In this document: positions 53,138 through 63,558 of the stretch, in pieces
Layout of the letters: every line of letters begins with the position of its first letter
How positions within the stretch are numbered: position 1 is the first letter of the stretch
Virus record (IMG/VR): IMGVR_UViG_3300044681_000369
Location: 32,001 to 96,000 of that record
DNA length: 64,000 nucleotides
From: a virus
Strand: one strand, 5' to 3'
Notes under the pieces: generated by a model
The model's input: the letters and a program-made list of their open reading frames with translations, nothing else
Told to the model about the DNA's origin: nothing
Databases searched by the model: none
Made by a program: the position numbers and the translations under genes

Positions 53138-54574
53138 TTAAGCAGTTCTTACCCAAAGAGTTACTGTTGAGACAACATCTTTGTTTGAGACAATGGTGTC
53201 ACCTGCATATGTACCAGAGTAAGAACCTGAGTAAGTTCTTGAGCCAGCGTATGAGCCTGAATAAGTTCTTGAGCCAGAGTATGAGTTTGCATATGTGCCA
53301 GAGTAAGTTCTGCTACCCGCATAGTTTGCGGAATAAGTTCTTGAGCCAGAGTATGAGTTTGCAAAGTACAGTGTGCCTGATGTATATGTGCCGGAATATG
53401 TTCTGCTACCAGCAAAGGAACTAGAAAAGTATTGTGTTGCAGAAACGTATGAGGCAGAATATGTTCTGGTTCCGGCAAAGTTACCGTTTAGATAACCACC
53501 GTAATATCTAGCATATGAGCCAGAATATGTTCTGCTACCAGAATATGGTCTTGTGCCGCCGTATGTTGAAACGTATGAGCCAGAATATGTTCTGCTGCCC
53601 GAATAGTTTCTAGTACCGGCATATGTATTTGCATATGAGTCAGAATATGTTCTGGATCCCGCATACTGAGAGGGGCTTGACGAATATGTTCTCGTACCAC
53701 CATAGGTATTTGTGTATGAAGAGCTATATGATCTTGTACCGCCATAGCTGGTGCTATAAGTTCTAGTGCCACCATATGAGCCAGTATAGTTTTGTGATAT
53801 AACCTGTTCTCTGGTATCCGAAGCGGATCCCATATTTACCCATGTTCCGCCAGAAGGCGTAGATGCTTGCAGTTTGTATGTGCCAACACCAGATGCAATA
53901 ATTCTATTTCTAAAATTAGCAGTCATCTGTTTAATTTCCGCATCAGTCATTGCAGTGACATTATTTCCGGAAACTTTTAGAGGACGCAAATCTGAATTAG
54001 CAGACGAAGTTGCGGCAGTTTTTTGCCAAATGTAGTAGGTTGTATTTCCGCCGTTTGCTACGTCTGTAATCGTATAGCGAGATGTCCATGTGCCACCGGT
54101 TGGTGCTGAACCAGAAAGACGATATTGACCGGCAGTATAATCGGATTCAGTTACCATAGCAGAAATAACTTTATCTAAGATATCTGTGCTAATTTCAGCG
54201 TTTGATAGTTGCTTAATACCACCAGAAACAGTGTCAAAACCAACTGTTCTAGCAGTAATTGATTCCGTGGCTGAAGATGTAACTTGCTTTGCGTAATATG
54301 TTACGGTTGCGGTGGAACCAGTTGCAGGGTGAGTACCAGTTGCTTCTGTTCGATCAGTATCAGAAAATGTACCGATAGATGTTCCAGTGAGTGCGTTTGC
54401 TGTATCAAGATTGATATCTGCTGGATTGCTGCCGTTACTTGCCGCTGTTGCAAAGTCTGTTGTAATTTGACTTGCAATATAGTTTTTTACTTCCGCGTCG
54501 GACATAACCTGCAAACCTTGAAAGTTTGCAGAGGTGATTGGCGAACCAGAAGCCTTTAGTCTTAATGGATTCAT
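53138..54574 (-). CDS. Virion fibre with C-terminal Tyr/Ser/Gly/Thr repeat needle
   Basis: Three M/L(S/T).AE(V/I) and two G.Y.L....P.GGTW repeats; ~190 aa of (xxxY)/(xGxRxY) units; ends TLWVRTA. Confidence 0.75.
   Translation of the reverse strand: MNPLRLKASGSPITSANFQGLQVMSDAEVKNYIASQITTDFATAASNGSNPADINLDTANALTGTSIGTFSDTDRTEATGTHPATGSTATVTYYAKQVTSSATESITARTVGFDTVSGGIKQLSNAEISTDILDKVISAMVTESDYTAGQYRLSGSAPTGGTWTSRYTITDVANGGNTTYYIWQKTAATSSANSDLRPLKVSGNNVTAMTDAEIKQMTANFRNRIIASGVGTYKLQASTPSGGTWVNMGSASDTREQVISQNYTGSYGGTRTYSTSYGGTRSYSSSYTNTYGGTRTYSSSPSQYAGSRTYSDSYANTYAGTRNYSGSRTYSGSYVSTYGGTRPYSGSRTYSGSYARYYGGYLNGNFAGTRTYSASYVSATQYFSSSFAGSRTYSGTYTSGTLYFANSYSGSRTYSANYAGSRTYSGTYANSYSGSRTYSGSYAGSRTYSGSYSGTYAGDTIVSNKDVVSTVTLWVRTA
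53205..53790 (-). repeat. Degenerate coding repeat RTYSGSYAGS
   Basis: Recurrent gagccagaatatgttctgct / gagtaagttcttgagcc units on the plus strand. Confidence 0.9.
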
Positions 54575-54585
54575 CGAAAGTTACC

Positions 54586-55068
54586 TTAGTTTAATCTGGT
54601 TCCAGATTCATCGTAAATTACAAGTGGGGTATTTGTATACCAGTCGGTACCATCTTTTGCAACAAAGGTTGCAGAAGTATACCCAGCCATTGTAACTGCC
54701 GCGTCTGAAGACCCGCCGTTAATTTTATCGCCAGTATTTGGATAAACTTTCAATGCTGTTCCTGTCGTATTAACTACTGTGTAGACTAACGCGGCAGAAG
54801 CAACTGGAAGTTTAACACCTTGTCCAGCACTTACTGTGGTAACAATGCTATTTGTAGCCGATAAGGCAGTAGCACCGCTCTGATCTGTACCAGCGGCAGA
54901 TACTGTAGCACTAATAGATGGCTTGAGGTCACCAGACAGAGTAAGCGTGCCAAAGCTAGGATTATCCCCAGACTGATACTTATCTGTATTAAGATTGTTA
55001 AAGTTATTATCAACCTCAGTGTTCGTTAGGGGCGAACCTTTAGCCGATCTTAAAGTGATTGTTGACAT
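54586..55068 (-). CDS. Short fibre/adaptor virion protein
   Basis: MSTITLR..KGSPLTN.EVD.NF..LN.DK anchor-like N-terminus; ends IYDESGTRLN. Confidence 0.7.
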   Translation of the reverse strand: MSTITLRSAKGSPLTNTEVDNNFNNLNTDKYQSGDNPSFGTLTLSGDLKPSISATVSAAGTDQSGATALSATNSIVTTVSAGQGVKLPVASAALVYTVVNTTGTALKVYPNTGDKINGGSSDAAVTMAGYTSATFVAKDGTDWYTNTPLVIYDESGTRLN

Positions 55069-55070
55069 AT

Positions 55071-55301
55071 CTACTTACCTTGATTTTTTATGATTTGTTG
55101 CAACATTAATTTTATGTCGATCATTTCTTGCTTAACTGTATTTATATCGGTTTCAATCTCACGCATCCGATTTAGAATACTTTTTTGACTTTCTCGCTTT
55201 GCACGATATTGCTTTAGCCCTTCCAAATCATTAGAAATGATGGCCTTTGAATGCCCATCTCTTAGATATTTAGTTGTATCTTCCAAAGCATATTTCGACA
55301 T
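55071..55301 (-). CDS. Small coiled-coil hypothetical protein
   Basis: RD..SKAII..D...Y...R; C-terminal heptads; start trimmed to MSKY. Confidence 0.65.
   Translation of the reverse strand: MSKYALEDTTKYLRDGHSKAIISNDLEGLKQYRAKRESQKSILNRMREIETDINTVKQEMIDIKLMLQQIIKNQGK
55139..55146 (-). promoter_or_regulatory. Late promoter (intragenic) upstream of 54586..55068
   Basis: TATAAATA. Confidence 0.6.
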
Positions 55302-55305
55302 AAAA

Positions 55306-58300
55306 TTATACCTGTAGAGCAATTGCACGAAGTTCCCTGACTTTAGGAACAACGCACTGTTTGGTGGACAACATCACGATTTTAATCGCAAAAATCTTAT
55401 ACCCAGTGTATGTCACTCCGGCATCTGTATATTCATACACACCAGAACCATTCAAGACGCTTGCTGGTAAGTCATATGTGTATTCAGCATAACCAGTTGG
55501 TAACAATTCTGACGGAGGAGTTGTTTCCATCAGGACCCAATCTTTATCCTCAAATGCTTCTGGGTCAGCCTCGTGCTGTAGTCTTGCATATACCTTAACA
55601 TCTGTTCCAGATGGAAGATTATTTGTCAAGTAAACTCGCAGGTCTTCGGCTTCTTGTCCATCATCCAATACAACTCTTCTAGAAACATATTTCGATCTTG
55701 CAGATCCAAACCCGGTTTCTTCATCGGTGTCATCATTATTAATATCATTGGCTGTTGCTATCATAGAGCATTTTCTCAAATCAATTACTGGAGAAACAGT
55801 AGAGGTTTGAGTGTACATGCCAACTCTAATCTTAAATGACTTTTCTCCACCAAGATTTTCATATTCATTCGAGAATGATCTAATAGACGCATCATATAGC
55901 AATTCTTCAGGCTTGTCTGCTGTGAAGTTCTCAAAATCTGTACCGGCAGTAGTTTCTGTTCCGGTATTTTCCGTGGCAGAATATGACCAAACCATTCTGC
56001 ATGGTGTATGATTCATATGACCAACGTTTGCAGTGAGTGAATTGATTGCCTTATCTTCAACTTCTACAACTTCTCCGTAAGCGGTACCGTTACCAACAAC
56101 ATCGCTGGCAGAGAATGCGCCTGTTACAACATACAACTTGGCAACATTATACAATGTGTCATAAGTTTGGATTAAACCGGAATTTAATCTAACCGTTGCT
56201 GAGCCGTCTGTGCCACCAGAAATTGTACTGAATGAAATTGTTGGCGCACTTGTGTAGCCTGCTCCTGGATTTGTAACAGTAATGCTTGAAATTTGATTTG
56301 ATGAAACAACAACATCTACAGTTGCATCTGTTGTGGCTCCACCGCCAGACAGTGTAATTGAATGTGTGCCGTTTGTATATCCAGAACCGGCATCATCAAT
56401 AGTAAACGAGAACCCGTGAATAGATTCGCCCACATCAAAGTTTCCGCCTGTAAATTGATCAAAGCGGAGATAATCAATATCTTGAGTTTCCAGTTCGACC
56501 AAACCAACACTGTTGATATCAAAGTCTGCTCTGTTTAGCAGGAACTTCATGTCTTCTGCCTGGTGTGCTGTCCAAGTTCTATTGTTTGCTGAAGTGAATA
56601 GTACACCAACGCTTGGCTGTTCCGTAACTCTTGTTGTTGTGTTTACAACATTTTCACCCAACTCAGATACCCAAACTTCATAGTCTGGAGAGTTACCTTC
56701 AGGCAACAGAACATAGCAATATTCTGTATTGTTCTTTAGATAGACAGGAGAAGGGAATGTAAACCGAGTTCTTGCACCCGCATTGTCAGCGTCAACGTTA
56801 ACTTGCTCTGGTCTTAATGTTACTTCACCAAATGGTAGAATGTTATTTGAAGGATAACCATTCTGAACTTCTCTCAATTCTAATTTAATTGCGGCTGTAT
56901 CTGATTTTGTTCTAAAGAAAACATCAACCGATGTTGCATACATGCCAAAAGGCATATCTTCAACCATAAAGGTCTGAGAGATAGGATCAAAGCCTGGTGT
57001 AAAAGCAAGACCACAATTCCAGTTCCACTGCCAAGCGGTATCCCACCAGAGAGACAGTTCGTCTGCAATCCAAAAATCGTCCCAACAAGCTATGTTAGGA
57101 TTGGGATCCGGAACAGGAGCGGCAGTAGTTGTAGTTGGCGCCGCCGTTGTGGTGGTGGTGGTCGTAGTTGTTGGCGCCGCCGTTGTGGTGGTGGTCGTAG
57201 TTGTAGTGGTTGTAGTTGGCGCCGCCGTTGTGGTGGTCGTAGTTGTTGGCGCCGCCGTAGTTGTAGTTGTTGTTACTCTCGGAGTAGTGGTTTCCGGGTT
57301 AACAGTGGGAACTACAGGCTCATCCGGCGGCGATGGCGGAGGATAAATAATAGTTGTGTTAGTATTATTGACAGTTGTAGTATTATCAACATAGGTATTT
57401 TGAATATTTGTAGTGTTGTTTACTGTAGTATATGTGTTATTTACTACAGTGGTTTGAATACCAACTCTTCTCCCCTCAAGTCTATTGACTGTGGTTTGAG
57501 TATCATATGTAAGTCTAGTATCCGTAAGAGTGTTGGTTGCAATCTTAGCAACTCTAGTAGAAATTACGGTATCTTGAACATTTTGTGCTAAACCGTTTGC
57601 AGAAAATGTTTGACTACAAACTGTAGTTAAGAATTTTTCTCTATTTTGCTCATCATCAGCCAAACGGAAAATCTTTTCGCCAACTCTAAATTGTCCCTGT
57701 GGGATTCTAAATTGTCCCATGGCTCTACCTTCATCGTTAGTGATGATGGCATCACCCCAATCACCATCCGCATAAGATGATGCTTCGACTGAATTGGTAA
57801 AGTTCTGATTCCATGCGCCAGATACTGCAACTGGTCGGCAATGTTCTGACACTGCAATACCATCAAAGAAAGGATATATCCGTGTGTTAGGCTTCATTCT
57901 CTCTGCCTTAAACGTTACGGTTATACTTCTCATGAATGGAATGATTGAAGTATTTGTTACTCTGGCTCCAGTTCTCTGAGTTTGAGTTTCTGGTGTAACA
58001 CTAATTGAAATGCCCTGTCTTGTTTGACGCTGTTCAATTGTAGATGTTACAATTTGCATGTCTGTCTGGAATCCGGTATCGCCTCCACCATAAACGGCGC
58101 TTACCGCATCTGTGGTTTCTGTTGATACAACTCTACCAGTTCCTAAATCTTGCCAGTCGCCCCACTGAGTTCCCCAGGCATCTGCCATCTGTTCCCAGGC
58201 ATCATAGTTTCCATCAAAGTTTGCAGAAACATCGGGAAGAACGCTAGTATCTGTCCAGTTGTCAACCGGAGGATCAAGTTGCATATCACCAATATAATTG

Positions 58301-61300
58301 AAGAGCAACTCACCCACACAATTTCTTGGTTTGGTAGCAAATAGGTTTCTAGTATAATTTACTTCAGTGTATGGCAATGTAATCAAATCGCCAGTCTTTT
58401 GAATATTTGACGAATTTGTAGAATTATACTGAAGATCAACGTTTTCTAAAAAGAAGAACGCACGAAGTTCTTTTTTCTCAGGATCTATAGCTGAGTGATG
58501 TTCAGAACTCTTAACGTTTGCAATATTGTGACCAGTAAAGGCATCAACTAGAATGCCGTTCTTAAATCGATTTAAGCCTGGATCTGCGGCAGAAGGAATT
58601 ACGAGGTCCTTTGCTGCCTTCTCTAAAAGATTTAGAGAACTATAATACTCTAGTCGATTAATTCTCTGTTCTAATACACCAATGTCTCGCATGGTGTATC
58701 TACGATTATCTTGTAATTTATACTTTACGCCCATTTCTGGCTTACCAATTACCTTAGCAACGTTTGGTGCCAAAGATGGATAAGGAGGAATGGTTACAAC
58801 TGCTAATGTCATAGCATTGTCTGGTTCGGCTGCCTCTAATGGAGATAGAGAAGGAACGCCGTAAACTGATGAGAAATTGCCTTCTTCATCAATAACAATT
58901 CTATCTTTTCTACCCATGTAGTATTCGATGTCAGTAATGAACTGCTCTGTAGGAACAGGTACAATTACTGCGCCACCTTGAGGACCACTCAAAGTAGATG
59001 CATATGCAGGGTTTGTATTTGATGGATCTGATTCGGCAGTAGAAACATTTGTGTAGTATGAAATTTCGTTATCATACCTTGGTCTAAAGTCTAATGTATC
59101 TCTTAGATCGTAAGAGCTACCAGAAACCGTTGAGGTAAAGATAGGAATCTCATACGTTTTTAGTGTACCTGCCGCACCAGTTTCGTCATCTACTGGATAT
59201 GAATCCACGGTGTAGAAGTTATAGTTTGTAACTGGAGAACCGTTGTGTTCAAAATAATCAAAAACAACAACAAGTTTTGAATCAGTTAAATTCAGAGATG
59301 ATGTTGGTTTCTTGATGATTCTGCAATTTGCATAGAAATTGTCTCTTTGCCCATTGTCAAAAGTAAACTGATCTTTTACATCATCTCCCAAAGCAACAAC
59401 ATCTGCCGCAGTCTCATCGTACGGTCCAACATAAACGTGTTTTAGTTGCCAACCGTCTGACGCACCTAAACTATATGTGCCTGAGGTGTCGCCACTAGTA
59501 TTAGTGTTAATGATAACAACGGCATCTTCCTTCATAACCTTAGTTACAGGATCAGCGTTTGCAACATGTACCTTAACGAGTACCTGAACTGTTGCCGCTG
59601 TTGCTCCAGCACTACCAGGAAGATTAATTGTTAACTGTGTGCCTGTGTTGCTAACGCTAAATCCAGAAGCACTCAAATCTAGAATAGAACCGGCTGGATA
59701 AGAAGTGCCCTCAATGGTTGCAGCCTGTGTTAGAGTTACAACAACATTGTCTAGTGCTTCAGTATCACTTAATGTAGGAATTGAAAACGGAAAACTTTCA
59801 CTTCCTGAAACGCCAACTGTAATCGAATTTGTTGATGTTGAAATTGATCCAGAAAGTTGTTTTGTGTAGTCAAAACTATTGTCTTGCGCAAGATTTGGCT
59901 TTGTTGTTTTTGTTGCTTTTGACGGAAGTCTAAACAACAACCTATTAAATTTTGTCTCTTTTAATACTGCTATACCAGACTCTAAAACTAGGTCTGCGTG
60001 GCCATCGGCTGTTGTATTATAGTACAACGCTCGGACAGAATCAAAATTTTGACCAGAATTAATTTTGATGTCATAGAGATAAACTCTATACTGTGCTGCC
60101 GCATTGCCTGGTGTACCAGAACTGTACTGAACGTAACGAACTTTTGCTGTACCAATTTCGCTACCACCGGCAGCTGTTGATGACAAGGTTCCAGACGTAA
60201 CTGCATTTGTTGCGGCGCTTCTTAAAGATACTGTGCCGCCACCAGCAACATCCCATGAACCGCAGAAATCATCAACGATAACATAGTTACCGTAAGACGT
60301 TGCTACAGAATTCTCTTGAATTGTTCTTGTGGTTAATCCTTTTGGTACAATAATGTATTCGGTTTTATATGTTTCGGCTAAATAACCGCGAACATATGCT
60401 TTACCTGGCTCAATACCAATGGCAAGCAATTCTTCATTGCCTCCCATATTTGGATCATCTGAATTATATGGCAGTAAACCAGAATTTGTGCCATCATCTA
60501 GATGTTCCAAAATTCTGATAGGAAATGGTTTTACTGAATAGTTGCCAGACTCATCGTATGTTCTCTTTGCAATATTCTTGCCAAGAAGAGCATAGATTTT
60601 ATCTTCAGTCTGAGTTGTGTATAATGAACCCGCTTTAATTTCAATATATTGCTGGAAGTCTTCAGATACTTGATCGTTTCTTCCATATTTTACCAAAGAT
60701 GCTGTTGACAAATATCTGTCTGCACCAGGCGCGGCAAAGTTAAATGTTCCTTGCGCTGGATCAAGTAGTGTTTGATCTTCTTCGGCATTTACAATATTTT
60801 CAATTAATTCAAAACCAATCTTATATGTAGGAAGATTACTATATGGATCAAGAATCATCGTTTCTTTTGTAAACTCGACAAATTTGCCGTCAAGATATAC
60901 AATACCATCATTGACGGTAACAAAAGAACCAAGACCTCTATATGCCTGATCGCCAGGAACTAAGCTATCGTTAGCAACAAATGTGTCGCCAATTAGAGTG
61001 ACATCTTCTGCATCTGTAACCAAAAGAACTTCGCTTGGTTCAAAATATGAATTTGAAGTTTCGCCGTCACCAGAAATATATCTCAAATATAATGTGTTTA
61101 AGAATGGTGCAGTTGTCTGAGAACCAGAAAGCACATTTACTACTAGTGCGGTGATCCCAGATGTTTGTCCTGTTACCGTGCATCCAACATATCTGTTTAA
61201 GTCAGATAGTGTTAGTCCAGATGCGTCTAAGTCATTGATTTTAATGAAGTTTGCGTTAACATCTAGCTGAAATTCGCAGCCAGCAATAACGGCACCATTC

Positions 61301-61473
61301 TTAAATACATGATTACCAAATTTGCCAATCTGGTCCTGAAGTAAGGTTTGAAGTTGCGTTAGTTCTCTAGCCTGAACTGCATAGCCAGGCTTAAAGAGTA
61401 GCTTTGTATATTTTTTTGCAATCGCATCTTCCGAATTATCGAAATATGGAGATACATTTAGGTCAAGTGCCAT
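55306..61473 (-). CDS. Large virion/baseplate protein, DUF4815 (VrlC-like) family
   Basis: NVSPYFD, F.PG..VQARELTQLQ, APGADR, RTYDESG.Y, YTMRDIG.LE.RI..LEYY, RFKNG..VD.F, DPISQTF, P.V..LRAIAL. Confidence 0.85.
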   Translation of the reverse strand: MALDLNVSPYFDNSEDAIAKKYTKLLFKPGYAVQARELTQLQTLLQDQIGKFGNHVFKNGAVIAGCEFQLDVNANFIKINDLDASGLTLSDLNRYVGCTVTGQTSGITALVVNVLSGSQTTAPFLNTLYLRYISGDGETSNSYFEPSEVLLVTDAEDVTLIGDTFVANDSLVPGDQAYRGLGSFVTVNDGIVYLDGKFVEFTKETMILDPYSNLPTYKIGFELIENIVNAEEDQTLLDPAQGTFNFAAPGADRYLSTASLVKYGRNDQVSEDFQQYIEIKAGSLYTTQTEDKIYALLGKNIAKRTYDESGNYSVKPFPIRILEHLDDGTNSGLLPYNSDDPNMGGNEELLAIGIEPGKAYVRGYLAETYKTEYIIVPKGLTTRTIQENSVATSYGNYVIVDDFCGSWDVAGGGTVSLRSAATNAVTSGTLSSTAAGGSEIGTAKVRYVQYSSGTPGNAAAQYRVYLYDIKINSGQNFDSVRALYYNTTADGHADLVLESGIAVLKETKFNRLLFRLPSKATKTTKPNLAQDNSFDYTKQLSGSISTSTNSITVGVSGSESFPFSIPTLSDTEALDNVVVTLTQAATIEGTSYPAGSILDLSASGFSVSNTGTQLTINLPGSAGATAATVQVLVKVHVANADPVTKVMKEDAVVIINTNTSGDTSGTYSLGASDGWQLKHVYVGPYDETAADVVALGDDVKDQFTFDNGQRDNFYANCRIIKKPTSSLNLTDSKLVVVFDYFEHNGSPVTNYNFYTVDSYPVDDETGAAGTLKTYEIPIFTSTVSGSSYDLRDTLDFRPRYDNEISYYTNVSTAESDPSNTNPAYASTLSGPQGGAVIVPVPTEQFITDIEYYMGRKDRIVIDEEGNFSSVYGVPSLSPLEAAEPDNAMTLAVVTIPPYPSLAPNVAKVIGKPEMGVKYKLQDNRRYTMRDIGVLEQRINRLEYYSSLNLLEKAAKDLVIPSAADPGLNRFKNGILVDAFTGHNIANVKSSEHHSAIDPEKKELRAFFFLENVDLQYNSTNSSNIQKTGDLITLPYTEVNYTRNLFATKPRNCVGELLFNYIGDMQLDPPVDNWTDTSVLPDVSANFDGNYDAWEQMADAWGTQWGDWQDLGTGRVVSTETTDAVSAVYGGGDTGFQTDMQIVTSTIEQRQTRQGISISVTPETQTQRTGARVTNTSIIPFMRSITVTFKAERMKPNTRIYPFFDGIAVSEHCRPVAVSGAWNQNFTNSVEASSYADGDWGDAIITNDEGRAMGQFRIPQGQFRVGEKIFRLADDEQNREKFLTTVCSQTFSANGLAQNVQDTVISTRVAKIATNTLTDTRLTYDTQTTVNRLEGRRVGIQTTVVNNTYTTVNNTTNIQNTYVDNTTTVNNTNTTIIYPPPSPPDEPVVPTVNPETTTPRVTTTTTTAAPTTTTTTTAAPTTTTTTTTTTTTAAPTTTTTTTTTAAPTTTTAAPVPDPNPNIACWDDFWIADELSLWWDTAWQWNWNCGLAFTPGFDPISQTFMVEDMPFGMYATSVDVFFRTKSDTAAIKLELREVQNGYPSNNILPFGEVTLRPEQVNVDADNAGARTRFTFPSPVYLKNNTEYCYVLLPEGNSPDYEVWVSELGENVVNTTTRVTEQPSVGVLFTSANNRTWTAHQAEDMKFLLNRADFDINSVGLVELETQDIDYLRFDQFTGGNFDVGESIHGFSFTIDDAGSGYTNGTHSITLSGGGATTDATVDVVVSSNQISSITVTNPGAGYTSAPTISFSTISGGTDGSATVRLNSGLIQTYDTLYNVAKLYVVTGAFSASDVVGNGTAYGEVVEVEDKAINSLTANVGHMNHTPCRMVWSYSATENTGTETTAGTDFENFTADKPEELLYDASIRSFSNEYENLGGEKSFKIRVGMYTQTSTVSPVIDLRKCSMIATANDINNDDTDEETGFGSARSKYVSRRVVLDDGQEAEDLRVYLTNNLPSGTDVKVYARLQHEADPEAFEDKDWVLMETTPPSELLPTGYAEYTYDLPASVLNGSGVYEYTDAGVTYTGYKIFAIKIVMLSTKQCVVPKVRELRAIALQV
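57115..57273 (-). repeat. Mucin-like (T)nAAP repeat within the large virion protein
   Basis: Five T4-12-AAP units; DNA repeat gttggcgccgccgttgtggtggt. Confidence 0.9.
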
Positions 61474-61489
61474 CGCTTACTTCTCTTTT

Positions 61490-63052
61490 TTAGAAATTAA
61501 TAATTGTTCGTACTTTTTCAACTTGATCTTGCTGCCTTGTGATCTGTCTACGATTCTCAATATAGAGAATTTCGCCTGTAGTATTAATCACATCTGGCGC
61601 AGTCAAACTATTTATAGTCAAATCTGAGATCGTTTGAGTGTTGTTGCTCAATATACTTGTTGAGCTTATGCTCGGAATAATAGGAAGAAGGTAAATTTTA
61701 TTTAATTCCGATACTATTTGAGCAACAACAAACCTGCCACCAGTATTTGTCCATATCTCATCATCAACGTTGTATAACGAAACATCATCAACTTCTATGA
61801 TATAGCATGTTGTTCCTGTGTCATCCGTAAAGTTTGCATCGTTGGATTTAAGAACATTTTTAACTATGCCGACTTGTCTAAAGTCATTATTCAAGAAATA
61901 GTCTGAGGTATCATTATCCAAATTTACAGATACGCACACGTTTGTGGCATATAACTCTTTTATAGGATTTGATCCGTGACCATAATAAGGTGATACTGTG
62001 GCTTTTGCAACTGCGCCAGTTCCCAACCCAAGAATGTTATTGAAATAGACTTCAGCAAAAGTGTATCCGGTTCCTTGATTGGTTATTCTAACATTTGAAA
62101 TTTCACCAAATGCGTTTACTTCGGCTACTGCCTCTGCGCCTGTTCCATCGCCAACAATTTGCACAAGAACATCATCTATAGAATAATTTTCACCTACGGC
62201 TGTCAAAACAATTCGATCTACCGTTCCTGGAATAGCGGCTGCCTCAATATTCTCTTGAATTACTGAGGTAGGATTATTGCCTAACTCAACAGAAAACTCT
62301 GCGCCGCTTCCGGTTCCATTATCAACAAGAGTCAAATATGCAAATGAATAACCACTACCGCCAGTAAAGGATACCGAAGTAATTTCTCCAGCCTCATTAA
62401 CACCATCAATAGTAACTGTTGCTCCGTTGCCGTCCCCATGAACAATAACTTGCGGAACGTTACCGATATCGTAGCCAGAACCTGGATTTACAATAGTGAT
62501 TTGATCAAGTTCACCATTAATATCATATAACGGTTGACCAACACCTGCCATTTTTCTAACAGGAATATAATCAACAGTTAAGAACTTGATCTCGTCTGAA
62601 GCCTCAACGCTAAACATGTATTTCCAAACATAGCCGTCTGGCAACAAAAATGCATTATTAACATCTTCGTTGGAGGGCTTATACTGACTAGGCGAACCAT
62701 TGTTATTGTTTAGGCACTTGTATACTCTCATGTCAGACGTTAAGACATAAAAGTTTGATTGAGACAAATCAATGTCATCTTCATACTGATCGTATACAGT
62801 ATCTTGTTCCCAATCAATTCGTCTTGCCATAAGGACAACATCCGTCGGCTGAACTCTCTTAACAAACATCATATTTCTATGAGTTGTTCCATTATAGAAT
62901 TCAGTGTCCAGAGGTTCTTCTTCAATTGGCTCATTAGACCATTCTGTGGTTTTACCCACAAAGATATAAAAGAAGTCGTTTTCGTTTACAATATCACGAT
63001 AGAAACTTCTTGCCAATTCTTGTCTTGCAAGACTTCTTAGCAATAAGGCCAC
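61490..63052 (-). CDS. gp8: Baseplate wedge subunit (gp8)
   Basis: R.DW....Y, FYV.T....VYKCL.NN, DGYVWKYM, NDFRQVGI, GEILYIENR..I.R..DQ.E......NF. Confidence 0.9.
   Translation of the reverse strand: MALLLRSLARQELARSFYRDIVNENDFFYIFVGKTTEWSNEPIEEEPLDTEFYNGTTHRNMMFVKRVQPTDVVLMARRIDWEQDTVYDQYEDDIDLSQSNFYVLTSDMRVYKCLNNNNGSPSQYKPSNEDVNNAFLLPDGYVWKYMFSVEASDEIKFLTVDYIPVRKMAGVGQPLYDINGELDQITIVNPGSGYDIGNVPQVIVHGDGNGATVTIDGVNEAGEITSVSFTGGSGYSFAYLTLVDNGTGSGAEFSVELGNNPTSVIQENIEAAAIPGTVDRIVLTAVGENYSIDDVLVQIVGDGTGAEAVAEVNAFGEISNVRITNQGTGYTFAEVYFNNILGLGTGAVAKATVSPYYGHGSNPIKELYATNVCVSVNLDNDTSDYFLNNDFRQVGIVKNVLKSNDANFTDDTGTTCYIIEVDDVSLYNVDDEIWTNTGGRFVVAQIVSELNKIYLLPIIPSISSTSILSNNTQTISDLTINSLTAPDVINTTGEILYIENRRQITRQQDQVEKVRTIINF
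61609..61616 (-). promoter_or_regulatory. Late promoter (intragenic) upstream of the DUF4815-type gene
   Basis: TATAAATA. Confidence 0.6.
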
Positions 63053-63070
63053 AATAGCGTCCTACTTAAA

Positions 63071-63529
63071 TTATTCTACAGTGACCGTCCAGGTGATGGT
63101 CATAGAGTCACCCGCGGCCTTGTTGATTACCGCAAACTCTGTACGACATAGCATTGTTCCAGCACTAGCATCGTTAAAGATACCAGCTTCTGTAATTGCA
63201 CCTGTGCCATTACCAGCCGCAAACGTGGCAACATATTGTACCGAATTGTTTGTGGTAGTTGCAGAAGTTAGTGTCGCACGATATAGCTCATGCTCTAGTG
63301 CTGTGTCGCCAGCGGCTGGGTTAGTAGCACCGCCAGCTTGGTCGCCGTCGCCAATTGCCATATGCGACATGACGCCAGCGGATGCGGAAGTCATGCGTGA
63401 TGCAATATAGTCTAAACCAGCATCAACAACTAGGTTGGTTACGTTATATTCCTGCTTTAGGTTGCCAGAAGCATCGTTAACAACGATGTTTAGCTTACCG
63501 GTTGCGGAAAGAAATTCGATATTTCTCAT
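63071..63529 (-). CDS. Virion structural protein (baseplate region)
   Basis: NLVV..G, MAIG.G, D.AL..E..R, TEAGIFN, G.ML.RT.F..INK...D...I.W. Confidence 0.75.
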   Translation of the reverse strand: MRNIEFLSATGKLNIVVNDASGNLKQEYNVTNLVVDAGLDYIASRMTSASAGVMSHMAIGDGDQAGGATNPAAGDTALEHELYRATLTSATTTNNSVQYVATFAAGNGTGAITEAGIFNDASAGTMLCRTEFAVINKAAGDSMTITWTVTVE

Positions 63530-63558
63530 GATTTTTACCTTCTTCTTGGTTTAAAAAT

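Noticed and set aside
53205-53790. CRISPR array or DGR template
   Set aside because: Repeats are degenerate, in-frame and coding, with no unique spacers; no cas or reverse transcriptase gene in the window despite Mtd-N-like domains
53138-54574. Ice-nucleation protein
   Set aside because: Composition is similar, but it lacks the strict 8/16-aa AGYGSTxT periodicity; the spacing is mixed 4/6 and mirror-symmetric
57092-57346. Plus-strand poly-Val membrane protein
   Set aside because: Reverse complement of the poly-Thr tract
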